Below are positions 17,431 through 26,019 of a DNA stretch of 29,465 nt, piece by piece. The DNA comes from a virus (Duplodnaviria > Caudoviricetes). Both the position numbers and the translations under genes were made by a program. Position 1 is the stretch's first letter. Each line of letters starts with the position of its first letter. The stretch lies in IMG/VR virus record IMGVR_UViG_3300037511_000468, positions 1 through 29,465 of that record. One strand, written 5' to 3'. The notes below the pieces were generated by a model. That model searched no databases. It had not been told where the DNA came from and saw nothing but the letters and a program-made list of their open reading frames with translations.

Positions 17431-20400
17431 ACCAGTTGGGACGTGTGACCCGGTGCAGCGTGTCGCGCTGCGACTGGATCGAGGAGAGACGGTCGGCCGT
17501 CAGCGTGGAGTTGGCGAAGTCGAAGTTGTAGTTGTCGCCTCCGCGACCCCCGACATACGTGGCCTGCCGCGCCAGACGGCTGACGTTGCTCCACTGCTCG
17601 TTGCTGAGCACGGCATCCGGCTGACGTCGGCCGTGGAAGACCGACATCATCTGACCAGGCATCTGGCGCGTGTCCGGCAGCCAGCCACCCTTGTCGTACG
17701 CCCAGTGCACGTGGTTGTAGTGCATCCGCTTCGTGATGCCGGTGTAGACGTGCGGTCGGCCGTTGTGGATCTGACGCGCTCCCGCGGGGGAGAAGATCAG
17801 CTCACGCGAGTTCGGGTAGTTAGCCCGCAGCCAGTTGAACACGTCCATGCGGGGCGGCAGGTCCACGGCGCGGTTCTTGCCGTGATACGACGGGTTGCCT
17901 GTGGCCGTGATGGCGTGAGGCCGGAAGCCCGAGATCAGCGGCAAGCCCGGGAACACGGCGCGCAGGATGCGCATCATGCCTGCCGAGCCGCCGAGGGCGC
18001 TGCCGCCGGCAATCCCGGCTCCGCCGTCCCCTGCTGCGCCACCGAGCGACAGCACGTCCTGGATCTTCGTGGTCAGGAAGCTCAGCGCCTTGTTCGGCAG
18101 CCCGATGACGGCCTTGCCGAACGAGGTGTCATGGCCTGGGACCAGGTTGATCAGGCCCGTGGCGATCTTCTTCAGGAACCCGGCCGGATCGGAGATCAGC
18201 GACTTGGCGCCCTCGTAGACGTCAGAGGCCTTGTCCTTCAAGCCACCCCAGAACTCGCTGCCCTTCTTCTTGGCCGAGTTGAACCAGTCGCCCAGCACGC
18301 CGCCGCGGGCGTAGCCGCCGAGCCATCGCCCGACCGCCGCCTTGCCACCCGTGCGAGCCACCTTGTTGCCCTGCTCCAGCCAAGGCCGGACCAGAGCGGT
18401 CAGCTCGGGCCGCAGGATGCCCTCGCCGCCGGACAGGCCGATGACTCCACCGGTGGGAGAGACGAACGTGTGGTTGTCGACCCCGGGCCGGTATCCGGGC
18501 AGGACGTCCATCACACCACCGGTGGACCAGCCCGCCTTGGGCGGCGGGATCTGCACGTTCTTGGGATCGACGTCGAACATGTCGGCGAGCTTGTTGTAGC
18601 CCTTCAGGATGCCGTCGTTCAGCAGGGTCTCGACGACGAAGCGGATCGGCGCGGAGGCCCGCTTGCGCAGGTCCTCCCAGAACTTGCCGAGCGCGTTGAT
18701 CGCCTTCTCCCAGGCCGGCTGCACGTGATCACGGATGATCCCGGTCAGCCAGTCGAAGAACGGCCGCATCTTGTTGAGGAACGGCTGGATGAACAGCGCG
18801 TAGAAGGTCTTGAAGACGGCACCCAGCACCTTGGCGGCGATCTGGATGACACCGAACGCGACCTTCGCGACCGCGGCCAGGACGTTCGCCGCCGTCTGGA
18901 TGTTGGCGAAGACCGGCTTGACCACGTTGTTGTAGAGCCAGCGGATGACCGGCACGACAACTTCGGTGATGTAGTCGACGATCAAGCTGAAGTACGGGAC
19001 CCAGACGTTCTTCCAGAGCCAGATCACGACCTTGCCGACCCCGGCCAGAGCCAGACCGATGATCTGGAAGATCGGCTTCAGGTACCCCCACACCTGCTGC
19101 ACGACATCCCAGATCCCGCGGAAGGCCGGGAGGAAGGCGCCGTGCCACAACTGAAGGGCGGAATCGCCCAGCTGGTCGAGGGACGGCTTGATGTCGTTGT
19201 AAGCGTTGACGAAGGCCGTGCTGATCGTGCGCCAGAGGTTCACGAAGAACTCTCGCAGCGGCGTGACCTTCTGGAAGAGCAGCACGATCGCGGCGACCGC
19301 GGCGGCTACGGCAGCCACCACGCCCGCGATGATCAGTGCCGTCGTGCTGATGGCTGCCACCGAGGTAGCCGCGCTCAGCACGCCCAGAGCCGCGGCCAGA
19401 CCGGCGATACCGGCCACGATCGCGGCGAGCACGTCTGGCGGCAGGTTCGCCAGGAAGCTGACGATCGCATCGAGGATGCGGATCACCACGGGACCGATGG
19501 GCGCCATGGCCTGAACGAACCGGGCGCCCAGCTTGACGATGCTGCCGAAGAACTCGACCACCGTCGGGCCGTTGTCGCGGATGTACTGGAGGAAGTCCTG
19601 GAAGCCCTGGTTCTGGCCCAGTGACGTGCCCCAGTCCGCGAACGCCTGAGACATGTCCACCAGGCCGCCGGTCACATCCTCGGTGAACGGGGTGAACCCG
19701 AGGAACAGACCGGTGAGGCCGCGCAACAGGTTCAGGCTGATGGTGAACAGGTCATCCAGGGTCGGAACTGCGGTCTTCTTGATGTAGTCGAAGAACTCCC
19801 GGAAGACGGGCTCCTTCAGCGCATCGGCGAAGTCGATGAAGGTCTGGCCCAGCTTGTTGCTGACCTTGCGCACGAAGTCCCGGATGGCCGGCAGGTACGG
19901 CAGCAGCGACGTGATCGCCGTCTGGAGACCGGACAGCATGCCATCCGAGGCCGCAGCCCGCAGATCGTAGAAGTCATCACGCAGGCCGAAGATGAACCGT
20001 GCGAAGCGCTGAGCCGTCGGGGACAGCTTGCCCATCGCCGTGTTGACCTTGTCGAGCGCGGCACCGCCCGCGGCCCCGGCGGAGGCGTACGCCCCGGCCA
20101 GCGCACGCTGCGCCTGCACCACGGCCTGCTGAGCGCCTGCCAGGGCAAACGCGGCCTGGCGCTGCTGAGCGTCACGGTCGCGCCGTTCGCTGGCCAGGCG
20201 CCGCTCGGCGTCCTGAATGCGTTCGGCGGACTGCTCCTGTGCTTCCTGCTGGGCCCGGATCGCGTCCGCGATGGCCTTCTGCCCGTCGATCAGCGCCTTG
20301 GTCTGCGCCTTCTGAGCATCGGCCAGCGCCCTGCGATCGGCCGCGACCTTCTCCTCGGCATCCCGGATCCGCTCCTGGGCGTTGATCACCTGCTCGGAAC

Positions 20401-22108
20401 CTTCGAGGCCGTTCTCGGTGTACTTGTCGTACTCCTCGTTCAGCTGGTTCTGAGTGGTCGTCAGGTCCTGGAGTTCGAGCTTGCGGCGCTCGTAGTTGAT
20501 CCGGGCCTGCTCCCGCTCGGCGTCCGTGGCCCGCGGGTTGGCCAGCAGCTTGTCCAGCTCTTCCTTCGCCTCAGCGATGTCGAGGAGGGCCTGCTGCTGG
20601 TCGAGCGAGTTGTGCTTCATCGAGGAAGCGACGTCGTCGAGAGCCTTCTGGGCGTCCCGGTAGGCCTCGGTCAGCGCCTCGCGCGCGCGAAGCACGTTCC
20701 GCTCATCGGACGCCAGGGCGCGCTCAGCGTCCTGCACGCGGCGAGCCGCGTCCGCAGCGTCCTGAGCAGCGCGCTGGCGGGCTGCCGCCACGCGACGCTC
20801 GGACTCCTCGACGGACCGAGCCGCCTCCCTGCGGGCGCGCTGGAGCGCCCGCTCGGCGGAGGCCACGGCTTCGTCAGCGCGGATGGCCGCGTCGCGGTTG
20901 TTGGCGATCGTGTTGGCCAGCGACCGGCGAGCGGAGGTAACGCCGTCGATCGCGTTGGCGACCTGGTTCTGGCTTTGGACCAGGGCCTTGTTGGTCTTGG
21001 CCTCGTCGTCGGCCGCGGCGGAGAGCGCCTTGACGGCATCTCCGACACCACCGAAGCCGAGCACCATCACGCCGATCGCGGAGCCGGCGGCCAGAGCCGC
21101 GGTGCCCAGAGCGCCGATCGCCGCTGTCGCGACCGCCGCGGCCGGCACGATGGCCGAGCCGAGGCTGGCGCCCAGCGCGATCAGGTTGCCCAGACGTGAG
21201 AGGTTGACCTCCAGCGACTGGCCGAACGCGACGAAGCGAGCACGCGCAGAGTCCGTGTCGACGTTGACGTCCACGTTGGCGTCCTGGCCGTCGATCCGGT
21301 TGAGCAGCACGAGCACGGCGCCCAGCTCGGTGGCTGCCGCAGCCGCGTCCGTACGGACGTCGATGTCGACGGTCAGGTCATGGGCGATCGTGCGCAGCCG
21401 CTCGAACTCGGCCTGCACCTGCGTGGCGAAGTCCTCGACGTCGATGTCGACGCCGATCTTGAAGTCGCCTAGCGTGCTGAGCCGGGCACGGATGCGCTGG
21501 ATCTCGCCATCGATGCTGGCGTCGTCGATGTGGATGGGGATGTTCTGGATGGCATCACGCGCCGCCTGAGTGCCGCCCTGAGCGCGCCCCGCGGTCGTCC
21601 CGCGGAATGCGTCGTTCGCCGCACGCTGAGCTTCGCGGCGAGCCTGCTCCAGCAGCTTCGAGCGCTCGCCGATCTCGCGCCGGGCCGACTCGATGCGCGC
21701 CTTGGCGGCCTGCTCTTCGAGGCGGACCTCCTCGGCGCGGTTGCGGTCGTACTCGCGTAGGTCCTTCTCCGCCAGCTTGCGACGCATGGTCGCGAGCCCG
21801 CCGTACAGGTCACCCTGCTTCTTGGTGTTCTCACGGGTGCGACGCAGGTCTTCCTCGGCCGCGTCGTCGAGCACCTTGCGCAGCGCGTCTGCGCGCGCGT
21901 TGGCCAGGTCAGTGGCCGACTTGGTGACGTCCTTCTCCGCGTCCCGTGTCGCCTTCGACAGCGCATCGGACAGCGTCTTCGGGATCTGCTTCTCCAGCTC
22001 GTTGCCGAACGCACGAGCGATATGCCGCAGATCCTTGACGATGTTCTTCTCGATGTCACGGAAACTGGGAATAACCTGCAAGTACGCTGTACCGGCGTTG
22101 TACGGCAC
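17429..22108 (-). CDS. Tape measure protein (1559 aa) with C-terminal M15-like peptidase domain
   Basis: AGTAYLQVIPS N-terminus, long Ala/Gln coiled coils, hydrophobic segments, Trp/Phe periodicity, and SYHGKNRAVD...HYNHVH. Confidence 0.95.
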   Translation of the reverse strand: MPYNAGTAYLQVIPSFRDIEKNIVKDLRHIARAFGNELEKQIPKTLSDALSKATRDAEKDVTKSATDLANARADALRKVLDDAAEEDLRRTRENTKKQGDLYGGLATMRRKLAEKDLREYDRNRAEEVRLEEQAAKARIESARREIGERSKLLEQARREAQRAANDAFRGTTAGRAQGGTQAARDAIQNIPIHIDDASIDGEIQRIRARLSTLGDFKIGVDIDVEDFATQVQAEFERLRTIAHDLTVDIDVRTDAAAAATELGAVLVLLNRIDGQDANVDVNVDTDSARARFVAFGQSLEVNLSRLGNLIALGASLGSAIVPAAAVATAAIGALGTAALAAGSAIGVMVLGFGGVGDAVKALSAAADDEAKTNKALVQSQNQVANAIDGVTSARRSLANTIANNRDAAIRADEAVASAERALQRARREAARSVEESERRVAAARQRAAQDAADAARRVQDAERALASDERNVLRAREALTEAYRDAQKALDDVASSMKHNSLDQQQALLDIAEAKEELDKLLANPRATDAEREQARINYERRKLELQDLTTTQNQLNEEYDKYTENGLEGSEQVINAQERIRDAEEKVAADRRALADAQKAQTKALIDGQKAIADAIRAQQEAQEQSAERIQDAERRLASERRDRDAQQRQAAFALAGAQQAVVQAQRALAGAYASAGAAGGAALDKVNTAMGKLSPTAQRFARFIFGLRDDFYDLRAAASDGMLSGLQTAITSLLPYLPAIRDFVRKVSNKLGQTFIDFADALKEPVFREFFDYIKKTAVPTLDDLFTISLNLLRGLTGLFLGFTPFTEDVTGGLVDMSQAFADWGTSLGQNQGFQDFLQYIRDNGPTVVEFFGSIVKLGARFVQAMAPIGPVVIRILDAIVSFLANLPPDVLAAIVAGIAGLAAALGVLSAATSVAAISTTALIIAGVVAAVAAAVAAIVLLFQKVTPLREFFVNLWRTISTAFVNAYNDIKPSLDQLGDSALQLWHGAFLPAFRGIWDVVQQVWGYLKPIFQIIGLALAGVGKVVIWLWKNVWVPYFSLIVDYITEVVVPVIRWLYNNVVKPVFANIQTAANVLAAVAKVAFGVIQIAAKVLGAVFKTFYALFIQPFLNKMRPFFDWLTGIIRDHVQPAWEKAINALGKFWEDLRKRASAPIRFVVETLLNDGILKGYNKLADMFDVDPKNVQIPPPKAGWSTGGVMDVLPGYRPGVDNHTFVSPTGGVIGLSGGEGILRPELTALVRPWLEQGNKVARTGGKAAVGRWLGGYARGGVLGDWFNSAKKKGSEFWGGLKDKASDVYEGAKSLISDPAGFLKKIATGLINLVPGHDTSFGKAVIGLPNKALSFLTTKIQDVLSLGGAAGDGGAGIAGGSALGGSAGMMRILRAVFPGLPLISGFRPHAITATGNPSYHGKNRAVDLPPRMDVFNWLRANYPNSRELIFSPAGARQIHNGRPHVYTGITKRMHYNHVHWAYDKGGWLPDTRQMPGQMMSVFHGRRQPDAVLSNEQWSNVSRLARQATYVGGRGGDNYNFDFANSTLTADRLSSIQSQRDTLHRVTRPNW

Positions 22109-22151
22109 GGCCCACCTCCTTTGGCGGCGAGATCGGAGATGGGCCGTGCCT

Positions 22152-22829
22152 TCAGGAGGTCGGCTTCGGGTCGCCCGTGGCGGGTCCCTTCGGCTCCCCC
22201 GTTACCGCTCCGCCCTCAGGAGCAGCCGCACGTCGGCGCGGCGCCTTGAGGCGGAACGGGTCTTCGCCCGGTAGGATCACCGGCCGCTGTGGGGTAGCCG
22301 CCGATGCGGGCGATGCCTTCTTCGTGTGCTTGGGCTTGCCGATCTGGACCGGAGCCAGCGAGCCGTCGGGCTGCTGGATGAGCACGCGCGAAACGACCTT
22401 CTTGTGGTGCTCGTGGCGCTTGCGCTCGCGCACCTTGTCGATCGCCGTCTTGGGTCGCAGCTGCGGCCTGATCCTCGGCGGCTTCCCGCCGTTGGAGGCG
22501 ACGACCGCCTGCATGACTTCGCCGAGCCGGTCGACAGTGTCGGTGAGCCTTTCCAGCTCCGGCGACCACTCGGAGATCCTCGGCCTGGCGCCCTTGGCCT
22601 TCTTGTTCTCAGCCTGGGACAGGAAGTCCTCGGCGACCTCTTCGTCTTCGCTCAGGGCTTCCATGTACGCGCTGTTGCGCGGGAGCCAGTCGATGAGCAG
22701 CAGCAGCTCGCGCCATTGCCGCTGCTGCCACATCTTCGTGACGTCCTTGCCGGGGTAGCGGTGAGCGAAGTCAGCCTTGATCGGCTCTGCGTAGCGCGCT
22801 AGGAGCCGGCAGAGCCGTTGTCTTCCCCC
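22152..22829 (-). CDS. Tail assembly chaperone extension (gpT-like), reached by -1 frameshift
   Basis: The -1 frame is open from the slippery site: GRQRLCRLLARYAEPIKADFAHRYPGKDVTKMWQQ... Confidence 0.85.
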   Translation of the reverse strand, partial: GGRQRLCRLLARYAEPIKADFAHRYPGKDVTKMWQQRQWRELLLLIDWLPRNSAYMEALSEDEEVAEDFLSQAENKKAKGARPRISEWSPELERLTDTVDRLGEVMQAVVASNGGKPPRIRPQLRPKTAIDKVRERKRHEHHKKVVSRVLIQQPDGSLAPVQIGKPKHTKKASPASAATPQRPVILPGEDPFRLKAPRRRAAAPEGGAVTGEPKGPATGDPKPTS

Positions 22830-23242
22830 GGGGTCGGCAGCCCGAAGTGCTGCTGCCAGCGGTTCAGCAGGACCTCGAACTTGCGCATGGGCAGCTTCTT
22901 CTCCAGGAACTGGGCGCGCTGATCCTCCGGCATGATCACGTGCAGGGTCAGGCGCGGGTTCTCCTGGATGACCAGCAGGTCCTGCCAGTCGATGTCCTTC
23001 GGGTCGAGCAGCTCGAACACGTCGCCACCGAACTCGAAGACGAACGGCTCGGAGGTCTTCTCGTTCTCCAGCTCGTCGAGGTTGAACAGCGGCTTGAGCG
23101 AGGCGCGCCGGAGACGGATCTCCTCGGGGACCATCTGGTCCGCGGTGGGCTCGGTGCTGGGCGGCGGGAACCCGGCGACCGGCATACCCGTCTCGTCGTG
23201 GACGGGCGACTGGGTCAGCTCGGGGTTCATGGAATCGGTCAT
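22799..23242 (-). CDS. Tail assembly chaperone (gpG-like)
   Basis: Start MTDSMNP; FNLDELE...PFVF...L.DP..IDW motif; lies between MTP and TMP. Confidence 0.85.
   Translation of the reverse strand: MTDSMNPELTQSPVHDETGMPVAGFPPPSTEPTADQMVPEEIRLRRASLKPLFNLDELENEKTSEPFVFEFGGDVFELLDPKDIDWQDLLVIQENPRLTLHVIMPEDQRAQFLEKKLPMRKFEVLLNRWQQHFGLPTPGEDNGSAGS
22823..22829 (-). other. Programmed -1 frameshift slippery site GGGGGAA
   Basis: CCG GGG GAA lies just before the gpG stop, and the -1 frame joins the downstream ORF. Confidence 0.85.
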
Positions 23243-23279
23243 GGCGGGTGGGCCTTTCGGGTGGGTGGGATTCAGGGAA

Positions 23280-23308
23280 CGGGGCGAAACCCTGAAGGTC
23301 TCGCCCCG
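23280..23308 (-). terminator. Hairpin upstream of TAC
   Basis: Minus strand cggggcgagacc...ggtttcgccccg. Confidence 0.45.
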
Positions 23309-23312
23309 CCCT

Positions 23313-23600
23313 TCAGGACTTCGGGGACTTGCTGGTGCTCGACGTGCTCGACGTGCTCGACGTGCTGCCGTTGTCGAGGGTGGCCACCGCAGCGTGCGCG
23401 GTGATCGCGGACGCGCTGAGCCTCTCGCCGTCGTCGCTCTTCTTCGGGCTGGTGACGCGCCGACCGGCGGCGCTGTCCTTGCGAACCCAGCCGGTGCCCT
23501 TGAACTGCACGTGGTCGGCGGGCGTGACAGCATTGCGCTCGATGACGCCGCCGTCGATGGAGCTGATCTTCACGTAGGTGACGGGCTCGTTCTCGGCCAT
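23313..23600 (-). CDS. Small hypothetical late protein (95 aa)
   Basis: ggagga RBS before MAENEP; Ser/Thr-rich tail. Confidence 0.7.
   Translation of the reverse strand: MAENEPVTYVKISSIDGGVIERNAVTPADHVQFKGTGWVRKDSAAGRRVTSPKKSDDGERLSASAITAHAAVATLDNGSTSSTSSTSSTSKSPKS
23335..23366. repeat. 9-bp tandem repeat (gtgctcgac) x3.5 encoding STS repeats
   Basis: Read directly from the sequence. Confidence 0.9.
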
Positions 23601-23611
23601 CTCTTCCTCCA

Positions 23612-23676
23612 GGGCGGGCGGGGCAGAACAGGTAGAAGTCGGGGACGGCGTGCCCACCCAAGCCGCCGCCCCCGAC
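23612..23676 (-). promoter_or_regulatory. Hairpin with pseudoknot potential
   Basis: 13-bp stem at 23638-23676; loop GGGUGGGC is complementary to downstream GCCCGCCC. Confidence 0.5.
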
Positions 23677-23690
23677 CGTTGCGCCGGCAC

Positions 23691-23721
23691 GAAAAAGGAC
23701 CGGACATGGCGTCCGGCCCTT
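23691..23721 (-). terminator. Intrinsic terminator after HNH
   Basis: Minus strand aagggccggac-gccat-gtccggtcc-ttttt. Confidence 0.75.
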
Positions 23722-23746
23722 CGTCTCGTACTGCGCGTTCTGGGTG

Positions 23747-24382
23747 CTACCTGAGCGGCTGGATCTCCAGGTCAACCCTGGCGCCCTTGCTCAGGTTGCA
23801 AATCAGGTGGGAGCACTGCACGTTGTCACGTCGGTGCTTCCCGTCGAGCGCCAGCGGCTGGATGTGGTCCAGGCTGGCGGACATGGGATCCGGGTAGACC
23901 AGCTTGCTGTCTACCGGCTGGTGGCAGATACCGCAGATCCACCCGTCCCGCTCGTAGATCTCTTGCGGATCGAAGCGCTCGGCATCCTCCGGGGATGCTT
24001 TGCGCGCCCTCCTGAGAGCCCTCGCGGCGCGCTTGCTCTGCGGGTCGTAGGACTTGCCGTGCTGAGCCTTGTAGGCGGCCCGCGCGGCGCGTTGCGCCTC
24101 GTTCCGGTGCTTGCGTCGGCAGTCGGGCTTGCCGCACAGGAACTTCTGTCCCGGCGGGATCCGGTCTGGGCAGTACTTGCAGACCGGCTTGGTTGCGGCC
24201 AGGGCTTCGGTCTGCCTCTGCTGGATCGCTGCCAGACCTTGGGCATGGCGCTCGGCGTTCGCCTTCTTCCACGCCTTGGTCTGGCAGCGATGGTCGCAGA
24301 ACCGACGATCCTTGCCACGGCCCACGAGGGGGACCTTCAGCTCTGCGCCACAGTCCCCACAGGGGACGATACGATGATCCAC
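23747..24382 (-). CDS. HNH endonuclease with N-terminal Zn fingers
   Basis: ERDGWICGIC...SLDHIQPLALDGKH..DNVQCSHLICNLSKG; two Cys4-type clusters at the N-terminus. Confidence 0.92.
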   Translation of the reverse strand: MDHRIVPCGDCGAELKVPLVGRGKDRRFCDHRCQTKAWKKANAERHAQGLAAIQQRQTEALAATKPVCKYCPDRIPPGQKFLCGKPDCRRKHRNEAQRAARAAYKAQHGKSYDPQSKRAARALRRARKASPEDAERFDPQEIYERDGWICGICHQPVDSKLVYPDPMSASLDHIQPLALDGKHRRDNVQCSHLICNLSKGARVDLEIQPLR

Positions 24383-24388
24383 GCGACC

Positions 24389-24394
24389 ATCATA
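24389..24394 (-). promoter_or_regulatory. -10 box for a leaderless HNH transcript
   Basis: TATGAT 6 nt before the GTG start; no SD sequence. Confidence 0.6.
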
Positions 24395-24415
24395 TCGGTG
24401 ACGAGAGCCTCAGGG

Positions 24416-25075
24416 TCACGGCGTCGCCGTGGTGATCCCCATTTTCGTGAGCAGCGCCTTCCAACCGGGCCCGCCGAAGAGCCACTCGTGGGACGTGCCG
24501 GCGGTGCTGTCCTCGAAGCCCGTGAAGGTGAAACCGAACTGCACGGGATCGTCCCCGTCGGCGTAGACCTGCTCGGCACGGTCGGTGATCTTGGCGCGCG
24601 GCATGTACCGGCCGAGGTAGATCTCGCCCTCTTCGATCTCGTCCACGAACAGGCCGAGCACCCGGTAGTGGTAGTTGGCGGCCCGAGTGGGCTTCGCGAT
24701 CCTGACCTCACCCGTGACTGCCGCGGCCTCGATGCCGGACGTGTCGACGCCGATGTAAAGCCCCAAAGTCAGGAGCTTGGTCTCAAGAGCCGTCACCTCC
24801 ATCGTGATCACGTCGGAGGTGATGTCGGACCGGACCGGCTCCTGCGCACCGAACGCGTTCACGTCGGAGGTCTCGGTCTCGCGGCCGAACGACGCGCCGT
24901 CGGTGGAGGTCCAGCCGAGGTCTTCCCAGCCGGTGGGCAGGGTGACCAGGTCCGAGCTGGAACCGGTTGTGAGCGACGCCAGGTTGGTGGTGGACATGGG
25001 CGCGATGAAGACAGAGCCGTCCCGGGCCTTCCGGATCAGCTCGTTCTGCTTCTCGCGCAGAGCGGAGTAGCTCAT
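24416..25075 (-). CDS. Major tail (tube) protein
   Basis: GSVFIAP...GWEDLGWTSTDG...EPVRSDI motifs; strong RBS; lies between tail terminator and TAC. Confidence 0.9.
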   Translation of the reverse strand: MSYSALREKQNELIRKARDGSVFIAPMSTTNLASLTTGSSSDLVTLPTGWEDLGWTSTDGASFGRETETSDVNAFGAQEPVRSDITSDVITMEVTALETKLLTLGLYIGVDTSGIEAAAVTGEVRIAKPTRAANYHYRVLGLFVDEIEEGEIYLGRYMPRAKITDRAEQVYADGDDPVQFGFTFTGFEDSTAGTSHEWLFGGPGWKALLTKMGITTATP

Positions 25076-25149
25076 AGGGTGCCCTTCCTTTCAAGATCGG
25101 GGCATGGCGATGAGCCCCGTCAAGCGGGGCGGGCAGGGTGGGCGATTCC

Positions 25150-25563
25150 TTACGCCGGAGCGGAGTACCGGCGGAAGACTGCTGTGTACTGAGCCTCGAA
25201 GCGCGAGATCCCCGGAGCCCAGGGCTCCAGCTCGACTGCGCCGGCATCGCACTTCACGCGGTCGACGACGATCGAGCCGAGCCGCAGCTTCTCGGTGGTC
25301 AGCTTCTGGCGGATCCGCTCGGAGAGCGTCTCGCCCTCGCTGATCGACGCGGAAAGCACGGTGATGTAGAGGATCGGGTAGTCGCTGACCCCGTCGTCGG
25401 TGCCGCCCTGGCGGACCACTCGGATGAACGGCAACAGGCCGGTCAGGTCGGAGGGGAACCGTGTGCCGACCCGGCTGCCCTTCGCCACCGGCGGCACAAA
25501 CTGCTCCAGGATCTTCGCTATCGTCTTGGCGCCGTCCGGATACCGGCGAAACGGATCAGCCAT
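25150..25563 (-). CDS. Tail terminator protein
   Basis: LPFIRVVRQGG.DD motif; immediately upstream of MTP; TGATG coupling. Confidence 0.8.
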   Translation of the reverse strand: MADPFRRYPDGAKTIAKILEQFVPPVAKGSRVGTRFPSDLTGLLPFIRVVRQGGTDDGVSDYPILYITVLSASISEGETLSERIRQKLTTEKLRLGSIVVDRVKCDAGAVELEPWAPGISRFEAQYTAVFRRYSAPA

Positions 25564-25916
25564 CAGATGCCCGCCTGACTGTCGATCCACTTCAGCGTCC
25601 GAGTTAGGACCCGGTACTCCTCGCTGTTCTTGCCGCCGACCTCAACGAGCGTGGCGAGTCGGCTCTGGTTGACCACCGCGGCAGCGACACGCGCCATGGG
25701 CTCACCCTGACGCCGATTCGGGATGTCAGGGATGACGTCCACATCGACCTCGAACTGGTACTCGTAGCCCTCGAAGCCGCTGGGCGAGGTCAGCTCAGCG
25801 AAACCCTTGGCCTGCTCGGCGATGCTGGTCACAGCCGCACGCAGCTCCAGCCCCACAGCGATGCGCTGGATGCCGCTCTTGTTCGGGTCGTAGCGGGTAA
25901 TCACGCGCCAGGCCAT
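25563..25916 (-). CDS. Neck/tail completion protein (HK97 gp10-like position)
   Basis: ggaggt RBS before MAWRVIT; A.LVE.G......RVL.R motif. Confidence 0.7.
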   Translation of the reverse strand: MAWRVITRYDPNKSGIQRIAVGLELRAAVTSIAEQAKGFAELTSPSGFEGYEYQFEVDVDVIPDIPNRRQGEPMARVAAAVVNQSRLATLVEVGGKNSEEYRVLTRTLKWIDSQAGI

Positions 25917-25940
25917 GTACCACCTCCAGCGGCTGGAGCA

Positions 25941-25969
25941 CTGAAAACGTCGGTGCTGGCTGATACGCT
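25941..25969 (+). promoter_or_regulatory. Promoter of the neprosin-like gene
   Basis: CTGAAA-17 nt-TACGCT with TGn extension. Confidence 0.5.
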
Positions 25970-26019
25970 CGCAGCCGCGCCCGGCGTTCCCGCCCTGGCG
26001 CAACCTCAGAGGAGACTTC

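Noticed and set aside
17390-19624. 744-aa + strand ORF, and similar long ORFs at 11570-13090, 13065-14204, 9927-11096, 23744-25192, 25795-27141, 1765-2688 and 6660-7682
   Set aside because: Antisense shadows of real genes in high-GC DNA, with no RBS or recognisable motifs.
23335-23366. 9-bp tandem repeat as a phase-variation or CRISPR-like element
   Set aside because: In-frame unit with no spacers; it only alters the length of a Ser/Thr tail.
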